This document shows positions 43,191 to 53,373 of a DNA stretch of 63,092 bases, in pieces; within the stretch, counting starts at the first letter, position 1; each line of letters opens with the position of its first letter. The position numbers and the translations under genes were made by a program. Below the pieces are notes generated by a model. The model did not search any database. It saw only the letters and a list, made by a program, of their open reading frames with translations, and had not been told where the DNA came from. Source of the stretch: Elusimicrobia bacterium UBA4817 (lineage in GTDB: Bacteria > Elusimicrobiota > UBA8919). The DNA lies in NCBI GenBank assembly GCA_002402375.1, contig DHFT01000047.1, positions 1 through 63,092 of the forward strand, in the 5' to 3' direction.

Positions 43191-44414
43191 ATGGGTATTA
43201 TTTTCACGTTTTTTATTATCGGGCTTATAATATTTATAGGATTTCTCGGCGGTCTGGTTTTCGAGAAAACAAAAATCTCGGAAATCCTGGTGCTTATTTT
43301 CATAGGAATTATTTTAGGACCGGTGTTAAAATTGCTTTCTCCGGAAAAATTGTCGCAGTTTACGGAAATTTTCGGCGCACTTGCGCTTATGGTCATTCTT
43401 TTTGAAGGCGGTATGGAGTTGGATTTAGAAAAGGTTTTTAAGACATTCTCTTTCGCCGCCCTGCTTGTTTCAATTACATTTATCGGGACAACAGTTGCTA
43501 TTGCCCTTTTCACGCATCTTTTCTGGGGCTATCCTTTTTTAGAAGCATTTATGCTCGGCGCGGTCTTAGGATGTACCAGCGGCGCTATAGTTATTCCGCT
43601 TGTATCAAAAATGAATATTTCTCAGGAAACGAAAACAATATTATCATTAGAATCGGTTTTAAGCGATGTTTTGGCAATCGTAATAATGATTTCACTTATG
43701 AAATTAGCGTCTGCTAAAGAACCGAATATGTTTTTAGGTTTTAAGGATCTGGCGAGCGCATTTTCTGTTGCAGCAGTCATAGGAATTCTGACGGGTTTTT
43801 TGTGGCTTAAAATCTTAAAAACTGTTAAAGATAAACCGTTTTCCTATATGATTACTATTGCCGCTGTTTTATGCGTCTATGCGATTACCGAATTTTTAGG
43901 CGGTAACGGTCCCGTTTCATCTCTTGTTTTCGGTCTTGTGCTGGGTAATGAGGAAAAAATAGCCCCGTTTTTCAAGATTAAAAAAAGTGAGCTTTTAGGT
44001 GAAAAGATTAAGTGGTTTCATTCGGAGTTCGCGTTTTTTATCAGGACATTCTTCTTCGTCTATATCGGAATGATATTTTCTTTGAAAGATTTGAGTTCGG
44101 ATTTTTTTGTAGGCATTGCTGCGATAATTCTTTTAATTTTTCTTGTAAGATATATATCCACATACTTTATGGTATCCGTCTATAAAGAAAAAAAAGAAGA
44201 AAGGTATATTATCGGAACTATGGCGCCGCGAGGACTTGCTTCCGCCGTTCTTGCCACAGTACCTATTGCCTCCGGTTTTGCTTTGGCGGGAAGGTTTATT
44301 GAATATACATCAATGGTTATTATAGCAACTAACATTATAGTTACCGTCGGTGTCTTTGTAATTGAAAGACGGACGTATGATAAAAGAAAAGGTAGGGAGG
44401 TTAAAAATGATTAA
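43191..44414 (+). CDS. Cation:proton antiporter (CPA1, NhaP-type Na+/H+ exchanger)
   Basis: ~11 TM helices. FEGGMELD and ESVLSDVLAIV patterns typical of Na_H_Exchanger proteins. Confidence 0.75.
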   Translation: MGIIFTFFIIGLIIFIGFLGGLVFEKTKISEILVLIFIGIILGPVLKLLSPEKLSQFTEIFGALALMVILFEGGMELDLEKVFKTFSFAALLVSITFIGTTVAIALFTHLFWGYPFLEAFMLGAVLGCTSGAIVIPLVSKMNISQETKTILSLESVLSDVLAIVIMISLMKLASAKEPNMFLGFKDLASAFSVAAVIGILTGFLWLKILKTVKDKPFSYMITIAAVLCVYAITEFLGGNGPVSSLVFGLVLGNEEKIAPFFKIKKSELLGEKIKWFHSEFAFFIRTFFFVYIGMIFSLKDLSSDFFVGIAAIILLIFLVRYISTYFMVSVYKEKKEERYIIGTMAPRGLASAVLATVPIASGFALAGRFIEYTSMVIIATNIIVTVGVFVIERRTYDKRKGREVKND

Positions 44415-45477
44415 TGAAACATTTCAGTCGATACTGAAACAACAGTATTTCGGCAACACCGTTCAGAATTATGGCGTGGCAGTGATTGTATTTACAGGGA
44501 TAATAGTCGTTTTATATTTTTTCAGAGCGGTTATTATCGCCCGGCTCAGAGCACTGGCGAAAAAAACGGTAAGCGATTTTGACGATTTTCTTGTCGGTCT
44601 TGTTGAACAAATTGGTCCCTCAGTTTACCTTTTTATTTCTTTTTATATCGCTACGAGAGCGCTTTCCTTAAATAAGGCGGTTGATAAAGTTATCACATTC
44701 GCTTTTGTGCTTGCGATTACCGTCAAAGTAATTAAACTGCTTCAGTCGTGTATCGGATACGGCGTTGAAAAAATTTACATTAAGAATGAAGATAAAGACC
44801 CGTCAAGTATTGAAGCGGTGAAAAATATCACCAAGATATTGAACGGTGTTCTTTGGGCGGGCGGCGTTGTGTTTATTTTAGACAACCTCGGCGTTAATAT
44901 ATCGGCGGTGGTTGCAGGACTCGGAATCGGCGGAGTCGCTATCGCACTTGCGGCGCAGGCGGTTTTGGGCGACCTTTTCAGTTCTTTCGCTATTTTTATG
45001 GACAAACCGTTTAAGGTGGGCGATTTCATTATTGTCGGAGATCTTCTCGGAACCGTTGAACAGATAGGAATTAAAACAACCCGCATCAGAAGTTTGCACG
45101 GCGAACAACTTATTTTTTCCAATTCCGATTTAACAAACAGCCGGATCAGAAATTATAAAAGGATGGAAACAAGACGGGTCGCTTTCAAGATAGGTGTAAC
45201 CTACCAGACCACACTTGAACAGTTAAAAAAGATTCCGCCGCTCGTCACAGAGATAATAAAAAAAGTTGATAAGGCGAAATTAGACAGGGTTCATTTTTTC
45301 AGTTACGGCGATTTCAGTTTGGTTTTTGAGATTGTATATTATGTGCTTGGCAGCGATTACAATCTGTATATGGATGTCCAGCAGCAGATAAATTTTGAGT
45401 TAAAAGAAAAGTTTGAAAAAGAAAAAATAGAATTCGCATATCCCACACAGACGCTGTTTGTAACAAAAGAAAAGTAA
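44407..45477 (+). CDS. MscS-family mechanosensitive channel
   Basis: TM3/beta-domain pattern GIGGVAIALAAQ...FKVGDFIIVGDLLGTVEQIGIKTTRIRS. GGGAGG RBS before the ATG at 44407. Confidence 0.8.
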   Translation: MINETFQSILKQQYFGNTVQNYGVAVIVFTGIIVVLYFFRAVIIARLRALAKKTVSDFDDFLVGLVEQIGPSVYLFISFYIATRALSLNKAVDKVITFAFVLAITVKVIKLLQSCIGYGVEKIYIKNEDKDPSSIEAVKNITKILNGVLWAGGVVFILDNLGVNISAVVAGLGIGGVAIALAAQAVLGDLFSSFAIFMDKPFKVGDFIIVGDLLGTVEQIGIKTTRIRSLHGEQLIFSNSDLTNSRIRNYKRMETRRVAFKIGVTYQTTLEQLKKIPPLVTEIIKKVDKAKLDRVHFFSYGDFSLVFEIVYYVLGSDYNLYMDVQQQINFELKEKFEKEKIEFAYPTQTLFVTKEK

Positions 45478-45495
45478 AAGGAAAGAATTTTGACG

Positions 45496-48400
45496 ATGTT
45501 TAAGAAAAAAAACTATTTTGTGAACGAGCCACAGTGGTATAAAGACGCCGTGATTTACGAACTGAATATAAAAGCGTTTTGCGATAGTAATGCGGACGGT
45601 ATAGGCGATTTTAAGGGGCTCGTTAAAAAACTTGATTACCTGGATGACCTCGGAGTAACCGCCATCTGGCTTCTTCCTTTTTACCCGTCACCGTTAAGAG
45701 ACGATGGTTACGACATATCCGATTATTATAACATACATCCCAATTACGGCACCATAAAAGATTTTAAAGAATTTTTGAATGCGGCGCATAAAAGAGGCAT
45801 AAGGGTTATTACCGAACTTGTTCTGAATCATACATCCGACCAGCATGAATGGTTTAAAAAAGCGCGGACATCAAAGCCGGGTTCTCCGTTGCGAAATTTT
45901 TATGTCTGGAGCGATACCTCCGAAAAATATAAGGATGCGCGGATAATTTTCAAGGATTTTGAGACCTCCAACTGGGCATGGGACCCTGTTGCAAAAGCAT
46001 ATTACTGGCACCGTTTTTATTCGCATCAGCCGGATTTGAATTACGAAAATCCGCAGGTCCAGAAAGCGATGTTAAAAGTTATAAATTACTGGTTTGATAT
46101 GGGTGTGGACGGAATGCGTCTGGATGCGGTTCCTTATCTTTTTGAAAGAGAAGGAACCAATTGCGAGAACCTGCCTGAGACATATCAGTTTCTGAAAAAA
46201 TTGAGACAGCACATTGACGGCAAATATAAGGACAAAATGCTTCTTGCCGAGGCGAACCAGTGGCCCGAAGACGCTGCCGCCTATTTCGGAAACGGCGACG
46301 TCTGTCAGATGGCTTTTCATTTTCCTTTGATGCCGAGAATGTTTATGTCCATCTGGTTGGAGGACAGATTTCCCATAATTGATATTTTTGAACAAACGCC
46401 GAAAATTCCCGAAAATTGCCAGTGGGCGCTTTTTTTAAGGAATCACGACGAACTGACCCTTGAGATGGTTACCGACGAGGAACGGGACTATATGTACAGG
46501 GTTTATGCAAAGGATTCCTCAGCAAGAATAAATCTCGGTATCCGTCGCCGCCTTGCGCCTCTTCTGTCCAATCACAGAAGAAAAATAGAGTTGATGAATT
46601 TTTTGCTTTTTTCACTGCCCGGCACTCCGGTTATTTATTACGGAGACGAAATCGGTATGGGCGACAATTATTATCTCGGCGACAGAAACGGCGTCAGGAC
46701 GCCTATGCAGTGGAACTCCGACAGAAACGCGGGATTTTCCATGGCAAACCCGCAAAAACTTTACCTTCCGATTATAATAGATCCCGAGTATCATTACGAG
46801 TCGGTGAATGTTGAAAACAGCGAACGAAATCAATCGTCGTTTCTATGGTGGATGAAAAGAATTGTCTCAATGCGCCGGCGATTCAAACCGTTCGGCCGCG
46901 GCGACATAGAGTTTCTGCCTTCCGACAATCCGAAAGTTCTTGCCTTTATCAGAAAATATCAGGATGAAAGCATGCTCGTAGTAATTAACCTGTCCAGATT
47001 TTCGCAGGCGGTTGAGCTTGACCTTTCAAAGTTTGCCGGCTATTTCCCTCAGGAGGTATTCAGCAGAAACAGATTTCCTTTGATAAAAGATACGCCTTAT
47101 ATTTTTACTCTCGGATTTTACGATTATTTTTGGTTTGTGCTCAGACAAAAAGAAGATATTGCCAAAATTACGGAAGAAACAATGGCGGAGTTAACCGTTG
47201 ACGGCAAATTGGAGAATGTATTGCAGGGAAAGTCGCAGGAAAATTTGGAACATAGTGTGCTTCCTTTATATTTGGAAAACCGCAGATGGTTCAGGTCAAA
47301 GGCGAGAAAAATTCAGTCGGTAAAAATTATTGAAAAAATAAGTATAGGAAGAAATTCTTCGGCTGCACATCTGCTTTTTTTGGAAGTTTTATATGTAGAG
47401 GGACTATCGGAGACATATCTGCTTCCGGTATGCTTCGCATCAAAAAATGAATCGGAAAAAATTATAAAAGAAAATCCATCTTCGGTTATATCAAAGTTAA
47501 AATGTGAAAATGTGGACGGAATTATATACGAAGGTACTTTTAACGAAGATTTCCGTAAAAATATTCTTTTAATGTTCGCAAAAAAAGGCAGTATTGACGG
47601 ATTGCACGGAAAATTGATAGCGTATCCGGGAAAGTTTCTGAAAACATTTTTTCAGCCGGGCAAATCACTCCCGCTTGAAAAATCACAGGTTTTAAAAGCG
47701 GAGCAGAGCAATACCTCCTTTTTATATGAGGATAAACTGTTTTTCAAACTTTTCAGAAAACTTGAAGAAGGGCTCAATCCCGAACTTGAAATCGGAAGGT
47801 TTCTTACCGAAAAAACGCAATTCAGAAACACGCCTTTATTCGCCGGCGCAATTGAGTATGTAAGGCCCGGCTTAAAGCCGTTCGTTATAGGAATGCTTCA
47901 GAGTTCCGTCGTAAATCAGGGAGACGCATGGAAATATTCGTTGGATTCTCTGGGAAGGTACTACGAGAAAGTCCTTGCAAGAAAAACAGAAATACAAAAA
48001 ATCCCGCCGTCGCCCGGTTTTATTTTAGAGGCGGCTTATATTGAAATTCCTCCGTTGGTTAACGAACTGGTCGGCGCAGATTATTTTGAGATGGTGCGGC
48101 TTTTGGGAAAAAGAACGGCTGAACTTCATAGAGCGCTGAATTGCGAAACGCAGGATTCATATTTTACCGCAGAGCCGTTTTCCGCACTTGAGCAGCGTTC
48201 AATTTATCAGTCAATGCAGGGACTCACAAAAAAGGTTTTTGAGTCATTGCGGAAAAATCAGAAAAATCTGCCGGAGAGCGTCAGAGCGGAAGCGTCCGAA
48301 CTATTAAGTTCCGAAAAAGAAATAATCGGTAAATTCAAAACGCTCCTCAATAAAAAAATATCGGCGGTAAAGATAAGAATACACGGCGACTACCATCTCG

Positions 48401-48819
48401 GTCAGGTTCTTTTTGCCGGGAATGATTTTGTTATCATTGATTTTGAAGGCGAGCCGATGAGGTCGTTAAGCGAAAGACGACTTAAACGCTCGCCGTTAAG
48501 GGATGTTGCGGGAATGCTCCGCTCCTTTCATTATGCGGCATATACCGCATTAAATAAAAACACTACCGTTAAAACGGAAAATATTTCCGAATTGGAACAG
48601 TGGGCCGTTTTGTGGTATAATTATGTCGCGGGCGCATTTCTGAAAGCGTATCTTGACACGGTAAAGGATATGCCGTTTGTTCCGCAGAATAAGGAAGAAC
48701 TTAAAATTATGCTTAATGCGTTTATTCTTGAAAAAGCCGTCTACGAACTGGGATATGAAATTAACAATCGTCCGGAATGGCTCACAATCCCCATAAAAGG
48801 CATAAAGAGTTTACTCTGA
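45496..48819 (+). CDS. treS: Trehalose synthase (maltose alpha-D-glucosyltransferase) fused to maltokinase (TreS-Mak/Pep2)
   Basis: GH13 motifs (GVDGMRLDAVPYL, FLRNHDELTLE) in the N-terminal ~560 aa. C-terminal kinase with IHGDYHLGQVL and IDFEGEP. Confidence 0.85.
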   Translation: MFKKKNYFVNEPQWYKDAVIYELNIKAFCDSNADGIGDFKGLVKKLDYLDDLGVTAIWLLPFYPSPLRDDGYDISDYYNIHPNYGTIKDFKEFLNAAHKRGIRVITELVLNHTSDQHEWFKKARTSKPGSPLRNFYVWSDTSEKYKDARIIFKDFETSNWAWDPVAKAYYWHRFYSHQPDLNYENPQVQKAMLKVINYWFDMGVDGMRLDAVPYLFEREGTNCENLPETYQFLKKLRQHIDGKYKDKMLLAEANQWPEDAAAYFGNGDVCQMAFHFPLMPRMFMSIWLEDRFPIIDIFEQTPKIPENCQWALFLRNHDELTLEMVTDEERDYMYRVYAKDSSARINLGIRRRLAPLLSNHRRKIELMNFLLFSLPGTPVIYYGDEIGMGDNYYLGDRNGVRTPMQWNSDRNAGFSMANPQKLYLPIIIDPEYHYESVNVENSERNQSSFLWWMKRIVSMRRRFKPFGRGDIEFLPSDNPKVLAFIRKYQDESMLVVINLSRFSQAVELDLSKFAGYFPQEVFSRNRFPLIKDTPYIFTLGFYDYFWFVLRQKEDIAKITEETMAELTVDGKLENVLQGKSQENLEHSVLPLYLENRRWFRSKARKIQSVKIIEKISIGRNSSAAHLLFLEVLYVEGLSETYLLPVCFASKNESEKIIKENPSSVISKLKCENVDGIIYEGTFNEDFRKNILLMFAKKGSIDGLHGKLIAYPGKFLKTFFQPGKSLPLEKSQVLKAEQSNTSFLYEDKLFFKLFRKLEEGLNPELEIGRFLTEKTQFRNTPLFAGAIEYVRPGLKPFVIGMLQSSVVNQGDAWKYSLDSLGRYYEKVLARKTEIQKIPPSPGFILEAAYIEIPPLVNELVGADYFEMVRLLGKRTAELHRALNCETQDSYFTAEPFSALEQRSIYQSMQGLTKKVFESLRKNQKNLPESVRAEASELLSSEKEIIGKFKTLLNKKISAVKIRIHGDYHLGQVLFAGNDFVIIDFEGEPMRSLSERRLKRSPLRDVAGMLRSFHYAAYTALNKNTTVKTENISELEQWAVLWYNYVAGAFLKAYLDTVKDMPFVPQNKEELKIMLNAFILEKAVYELGYEINNRPEWLTIPIKGIKSLL

Positions 48820-48856
48820 CAAATGACGACCTTCCGCAAAATTTCAATATTAAAAG

Positions 48857-48885
48857 TTGACAATTTCCCCATAATTTAATAAAAT
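48857..48885 (+). promoter_or_regulatory. Candidate sigma70 promoter of acsB (TTGACA-N17-TAAAAT)
   Basis: Hexamers at 48857..48862 and 48880..48885. AGGAGG RBS at 48904..48909 before the ATG at 48919. Confidence 0.5.
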
Positions 48886-48918
48886 TAAAAAGTTGGCTGA
48901 AATAGGAGGATAGATAAA

Positions 48919-51096
48919 ATGTCCGAATTGGTGGTAAATCTGGCTAAATCCGGTGCGAAGAAGATTTTTGATGAAACTAAAACTGCGGTAGAAAATTTTA
49001 TTAAACAAAAAGGGGCTTCTTCAAAAATAGAATTTCCGGCGACGGCTTTTTATCTTCCGATTATTTACGGTCTACTCGGTTATGAGGTGAAAACTGCCGG
49101 TGATTTATTATTGCCGATAGAAAAAGCAAAAAAACTTCTTGAAAATGAGAACGCCGGCGGATTGTGGCTTCCGCAATTAGACGGCGCACTTAATGCCGGA
49201 ATATCCACTTTGATTTGCGAAGAAATTTTAGCGGCTATCGGATATTCCGAAGGCACCGAACCGGAGAAAGGTTATAACGGATTTATACCGGACAATGTTT
49301 TAAGATCACTCGGCGTTCAATTAGTTGACGGCCGTATTTCCGGAATTGCTGCGGTTATCGGTGCCTCGCCGGACGATAAAACTACCGCCGGTTTGATAAG
49401 CGAACTGCAATCAAAAAATCTGGTAATTTTGTCCAGCGGTTCCACGAACGGACAAAATATCAAGACGCAGTTGGAAAGAGAAAACGCGGAGATAGGGCTT
49501 CAAACCTACATAGTTCCGCTCGGTACGAAAACGGGTTCGGTAATTTACGCTTTGAATTTTGCCATGAGAGCGGCTTTAACATTCGGCGGCAAAAAGAAAG
49601 GCGAATGGCAGGAAATTCTTGATTATTTAAGAAAAAGGGTTCCCGCTTTTGCACTTGTGCTCGGTGCTCCGGACGACAAAACCGTAGCACTTGGAGCCGG
49701 TGCTATTGCATTCGGAATTCCGGTTATTGCCGATACGGACGTTCCGGAAATAGGGAAAACGGATGTGACCGTCTACGAAGCGCTCGTCAAAGAAACGGAT
49801 TATAAAAAAATCGTTCCGAAGTGTCTGGAAACCCGCGGGATAAAAGTAAAAATTTTGAACATACCGGTTCCCGTAGCATATTCGGCGGCATTTGAAGGGG
49901 AAAGAGTCCGTCGCCAGCAGACATATCTGGAGTTAGGCGGCCGTGCTTCAACTGCATTTGAATATGTTACTCTCGGGGATATAGAGGAAATTATTGACGG
50001 TAAAATAGAAGTAATAGGTCCGGAGATTGACGATATAAAAGAAGGCGGTTCTCTGCCGCTCGCCATTTTTATAGAAGTCGCGGGAAGAAAAATGCAAAAA
50101 GAGTTTGAGTCAATTGTTGAAAGGCAGATTCACACATTTTTGAATGAAGCGCAGGGAGTGATGCATACGGGTCAGCGCGACCTTATGTGGCTGCGTATTT
50201 CCAAAGACGCCAAATCAAAAGGATTCAAGTTAAAACATCTCGGTACGATTGTACATGCCAGAATTCACGAAGTATTCGGAACGATTGTTGATAAAGTTCA
50301 GGTGAAAATTTACACGAATGAAGAGGACGTAAAAAGATTACTCCCGGCTGCACGTGCATCGTATAAGTCGCGTGATGACAGAATGGGAGAAATGACGGAC
50401 GAGTCGGTGGATACTTTTTATTCCTGTCTTCTGTGCCAATCTTTTGCACCGAATCATGTTTGTATCGTGAAGCCGGAACGTCCCGGGCTTTGCGGCGGTT
50501 ATAACTGGCTTGATTGTAAAACATCTTTTGAGGTCAATCCGACGGGTCCCAACCAGCCGGTAAAAAAAGGGAAAGTTTTGGATGAAAAATACGGCGAATG
50601 GGAGAGTGTTAACGAGTTCGTAAAGGAAAAATCTCATAGTACGATTGAAAGATTTCATGGTTATTCAATAATGACTTTCCCGGAAACAAGTTGCGGCTGT
50701 TTTGAATGCATAGGCGCTATCGTTCCTGAAGCGAGCGGGTTTATGGTTGTTAACCGTGAATATATGGGGATGACTCCTCTCGGGATGACCTTTTCCACTC
50801 TTGCAGGTTCCGTCGGCGGCGGCGTTCAGACGCCGGGTTTTATGGGATTTGGTCGTCTTTATATTACCTCTAAAAAATTTATTAAAGCGGACGGCGGTCT
50901 GAAAAGAATTGTATGGATGCCCAAAGAACTTAAAGAGGCGCTTGCCGATAAAATTAAAGTTCGCGCTGCAGAAGAAGGAGTTCCTGATTTATTTGACAAA
51001 ATTGCCGACGAGACAATTGCATCCGACACTGAAAAACTTTTGGAATTTTTGCAGAAAGTGAACCATCCGGTACTCACAATGGACCCGCTGATGTAA
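48919..51096 (+). CDS. acsB: Acetyl-CoA synthase (A-cluster subunit of CODH/ACS)
   Basis: A-cluster ligands CLLCQSFAPNHVCIVKPERPGLCG and ETSCGCFEC. Bacterial full length (725 aa). Confidence 0.9.
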   Translation: MSELVVNLAKSGAKKIFDETKTAVENFIKQKGASSKIEFPATAFYLPIIYGLLGYEVKTAGDLLLPIEKAKKLLENENAGGLWLPQLDGALNAGISTLICEEILAAIGYSEGTEPEKGYNGFIPDNVLRSLGVQLVDGRISGIAAVIGASPDDKTTAGLISELQSKNLVILSSGSTNGQNIKTQLERENAEIGLQTYIVPLGTKTGSVIYALNFAMRAALTFGGKKKGEWQEILDYLRKRVPAFALVLGAPDDKTVALGAGAIAFGIPVIADTDVPEIGKTDVTVYEALVKETDYKKIVPKCLETRGIKVKILNIPVPVAYSAAFEGERVRRQQTYLELGGRASTAFEYVTLGDIEEIIDGKIEVIGPEIDDIKEGGSLPLAIFIEVAGRKMQKEFESIVERQIHTFLNEAQGVMHTGQRDLMWLRISKDAKSKGFKLKHLGTIVHARIHEVFGTIVDKVQVKIYTNEEDVKRLLPAARASYKSRDDRMGEMTDESVDTFYSCLLCQSFAPNHVCIVKPERPGLCGGYNWLDCKTSFEVNPTGPNQPVKKGKVLDEKYGEWESVNEFVKEKSHSTIERFHGYSIMTFPETSCGCFECIGAIVPEASGFMVVNREYMGMTPLGMTFSTLAGSVGGGVQTPGFMGFGRLYITSKKFIKADGGLKRIVWMPKELKEALADKIKVRAAEEGVPDLFDKIADETIASDTEKLLEFLQKVNHPVLTMDPLM

Positions 51097-51099
51097 TCT

Positions 51100-51243
51100 A
51101 TGAAAAAAATAAAAATTACTAATAGCGAAAAAAAACATATTCTTGAAAATTACAAGTGGTTTTCAAAATTCTTGCCGGTTGAAAAATTGAAAATCGCCAA
51201 AAGGGCGTCAAAATTCGCCCAGATTTTAAAAAATGCAAAATGA
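51100..51243 (+). CDS. Small basic ORF (47 aa) overlapping the start of the nucleotidyltransferase gene; candidate antitoxin/partner
   Basis: Read by hand (MKKIKITNSEKKHILENYKWFSKFLPVEKLKIAKRASKFAQILKNAK). Too short for the ORF track. Overlaps ORF 51233 by 11 nt. Confidence 0.3.
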   Translation: MKKIKITNSEKKHILENYKWFSKFLPVEKLKIAKRASKFAQILKNAK

Positions 51244-51727
51244 TTTTGGACAGGACAAAGAAATAAAATTTTTTGAACTTTTAAGTGCTAAAAAAGTTAG
51301 ATATTTGCTTATTGGAAGACAAGCGTGTATAATTTACGGTCTGCCGGTTAATACATTTGACTATGATATTGCTGTTGACAATACTTCTGAAAATTTGATG
51401 AAAGTTCTGGAAATTGCAAAGGACTTGGACTTGAAACCGAGTAAAAGCAAAGATGATATTTTGAATAAAAGAGTTGCTCTTTTTAATTTGCAAAACGATA
51501 TAAAAATAGATGTCTTCTGTGCTAAAAGATACGGAACAACCAATAATAAATTTGTTGTTTTTTCAGAAGCGTTTGAAAGAAGAAAAATAGTCAAAGATAA
51601 AAAATACGGACTGGTATTTTATGTGCCAGCCATTGATGATTTAATAATGTTCAAAAAAATAAATCCGAGAGAAAAGGACTTTGAAGATATAAAAATGTTA
51701 GAAAGCATAAAAGGCAAAAAAAAATAA
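51233..51727 (+). CDS. Minimal Pol-beta-fold nucleotidyltransferase-like protein
   Basis: LLIGRQACIIYGLPVNTFDYDIAV fits hG[GS]x9-13DxD, with GR in place of GS. Confidence 0.45.
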   Translation: MQNDFGQDKEIKFFELLSAKKVRYLLIGRQACIIYGLPVNTFDYDIAVDNTSENLMKVLEIAKDLDLKPSKSKDDILNKRVALFNLQNDIKIDVFCAKRYGTTNNKFVVFSEAFERRKIVKDKKYGLVFYVPAIDDLIMFKKINPREKDFEDIKMLESIKGKKK

Positions 51728-53361
51728 TGTTCAAAAAAATAAATGTCAGAATTATTATTATTCACTTGATTTCAGTATTGGTTGGGCTTGCCCTTGTGTT
51801 TTTATCAAGTTTTTTAATTGTTACATATTCCGCCATAATTTTTGCTTTTTTAGGAAATTTCTTAAAAGGATTTACAAGTATTTGGGCTTTAGTAATTGTA
51901 TTTATTTTAGGCATTTTTGTAATCCTTAATTTTTTGCCAGAATCTTCTATCTTTAATACTTTTAATTTATGGGCAGGGTATAAAAGAACACTTATAAAAA
52001 AAAGATTTTTCAGAAGTTTCAATAAATACAAATATGAAAAAATAGAACCGGATTTCAAGCCGCTTGTAAAAAACTTTTTGCCATTTTTTGTTGGGTTTAT
52101 TTTATTATGTGTTTTTTCGTCTCTTGCGATAAATTTTGTAACCGGTAAAATAATATCTCGTAAAATTAAGGAAATGAAGCGAAAAGGTTATCCAACTAGA
52201 TTTTCAGATTTCCATAGAGATATTGCAGAAGAACAAAACGCTGCGGAAGCACTTAATAATATTTCTATATTGGCAAGTGCAGAATTGAAAACTTTTTTTG
52301 AAGACGGACTGAACTATGAAAAAAAATTAGATGCTTTGCTGACAAATAAAAAATGGGATGCTACTAAAAAGAAACAAGCAGAAATAATTCTTTCAAAATG
52401 TTCGTATATTTTTAACAAAACAGAATTGATTCTTAAAAAATATAAATATTACCAATATGTAGATTATAAAAAGGCGGAGAAATATCCGTTCGAAGTAAAA
52501 TTTCCGCAATCAATTTTCCCGCTTCGGAATCTTTTTCTTTTTAGGGCAAAGTATAACTTTAAAATCGGCAACTACAATTTATTTTGGAAAGATATCAAAA
52601 ACGTTGCAAAACTTAAAGACCTTATTTCGCAGGATAAAAGTTTAATAAGACAGATGACTTCATTGTCTATAATTTCAAAAATCTGTGAAGTTATACTTAA
52701 TGCAATGAAAGAAAAACCCGAATTAGTTTGTTCGCAAGATGTCTTGGATGAATTGTTAAAAGCAAGAAAACAAAATTTTGCATTTGATGCATTAAAATTT
52801 GAAACAGTCAAAAATATGGAAGAATTAAAATATTTGGCAAGAGGAGATATGACAATAGAAGGATTAGGTTTCAAGATTTTTTTTATACCAACAGGCATAC
52901 TCAATCTAAATTTAATTGCCGTTATAGATTATCAAACAAAACTTTTGTCTTTTCATTCATTATCTCCCATAACCATTAAAGAAAAAGGTAAGGTTTTAGA
53001 CGACGAAATGAAAAAAAAACCTGCCTTTCCGTTTATATGGTATATTATTCCCCCGTCGTATCTACATAATTTTTATTTAAGCGAAGCAAAAACGGATACA
53101 GATGTCCAGATATTGGCAGTTGCAACAGCGATAAGGAAATACAGGATGCTGAATAAAAAATATCCGCAAAAACTTTCTGAGCTTGCGCCGAAACATTTAA
53201 CTTCCGAGTTAATTGTTGACCAATTTTCGGAAAAAGAACTCGTGTATAAATTGACAAAAAGCGGATTTTTGCTTTACAGCATTGGAAGAAATTTTAAAGA
53301 CGATAACGGGACTTTCGGATATTATAAACTTAATAATGATATTGGTGTATTGATGAATTAA
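51727..53361 (+). CDS. Hypothetical membrane-anchored Lys-rich protein (544 aa)
   Basis: 3-4 N-terminal TM helices. The C-terminal LLYSIGRNFKDDNG resembles the pseudopilin-type YSxGxDGxDD motif. No confident family. Confidence 0.4.
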   Translation: MFKKINVRIIIIHLISVLVGLALVFLSSFLIVTYSAIIFAFLGNFLKGFTSIWALVIVFILGIFVILNFLPESSIFNTFNLWAGYKRTLIKKRFFRSFNKYKYEKIEPDFKPLVKNFLPFFVGFILLCVFSSLAINFVTGKIISRKIKEMKRKGYPTRFSDFHRDIAEEQNAAEALNNISILASAELKTFFEDGLNYEKKLDALLTNKKWDATKKKQAEIILSKCSYIFNKTELILKKYKYYQYVDYKKAEKYPFEVKFPQSIFPLRNLFLFRAKYNFKIGNYNLFWKDIKNVAKLKDLISQDKSLIRQMTSLSIISKICEVILNAMKEKPELVCSQDVLDELLKARKQNFAFDALKFETVKNMEELKYLARGDMTIEGLGFKIFFIPTGILNLNLIAVIDYQTKLLSFHSLSPITIKEKGKVLDDEMKKKPAFPFIWYIIPPSYLHNFYLSEAKTDTDVQILAVATAIRKYRMLNKKYPQKLSELAPKHLTSELIVDQFSEKELVYKLTKSGFLLYSIGRNFKDDNGTFGYYKLNNDIGVLMN

Positions 53362-53373
53362 CGGAGGAGTTTT

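Noticed and set aside
44362-44406. The upstream ATG at 44362 as the start of the MscS gene.
   Set aside because: It would overlap the antiporter gene by 53 nt. The ATG at 44407 has a GGGAGG RBS at proper spacing.
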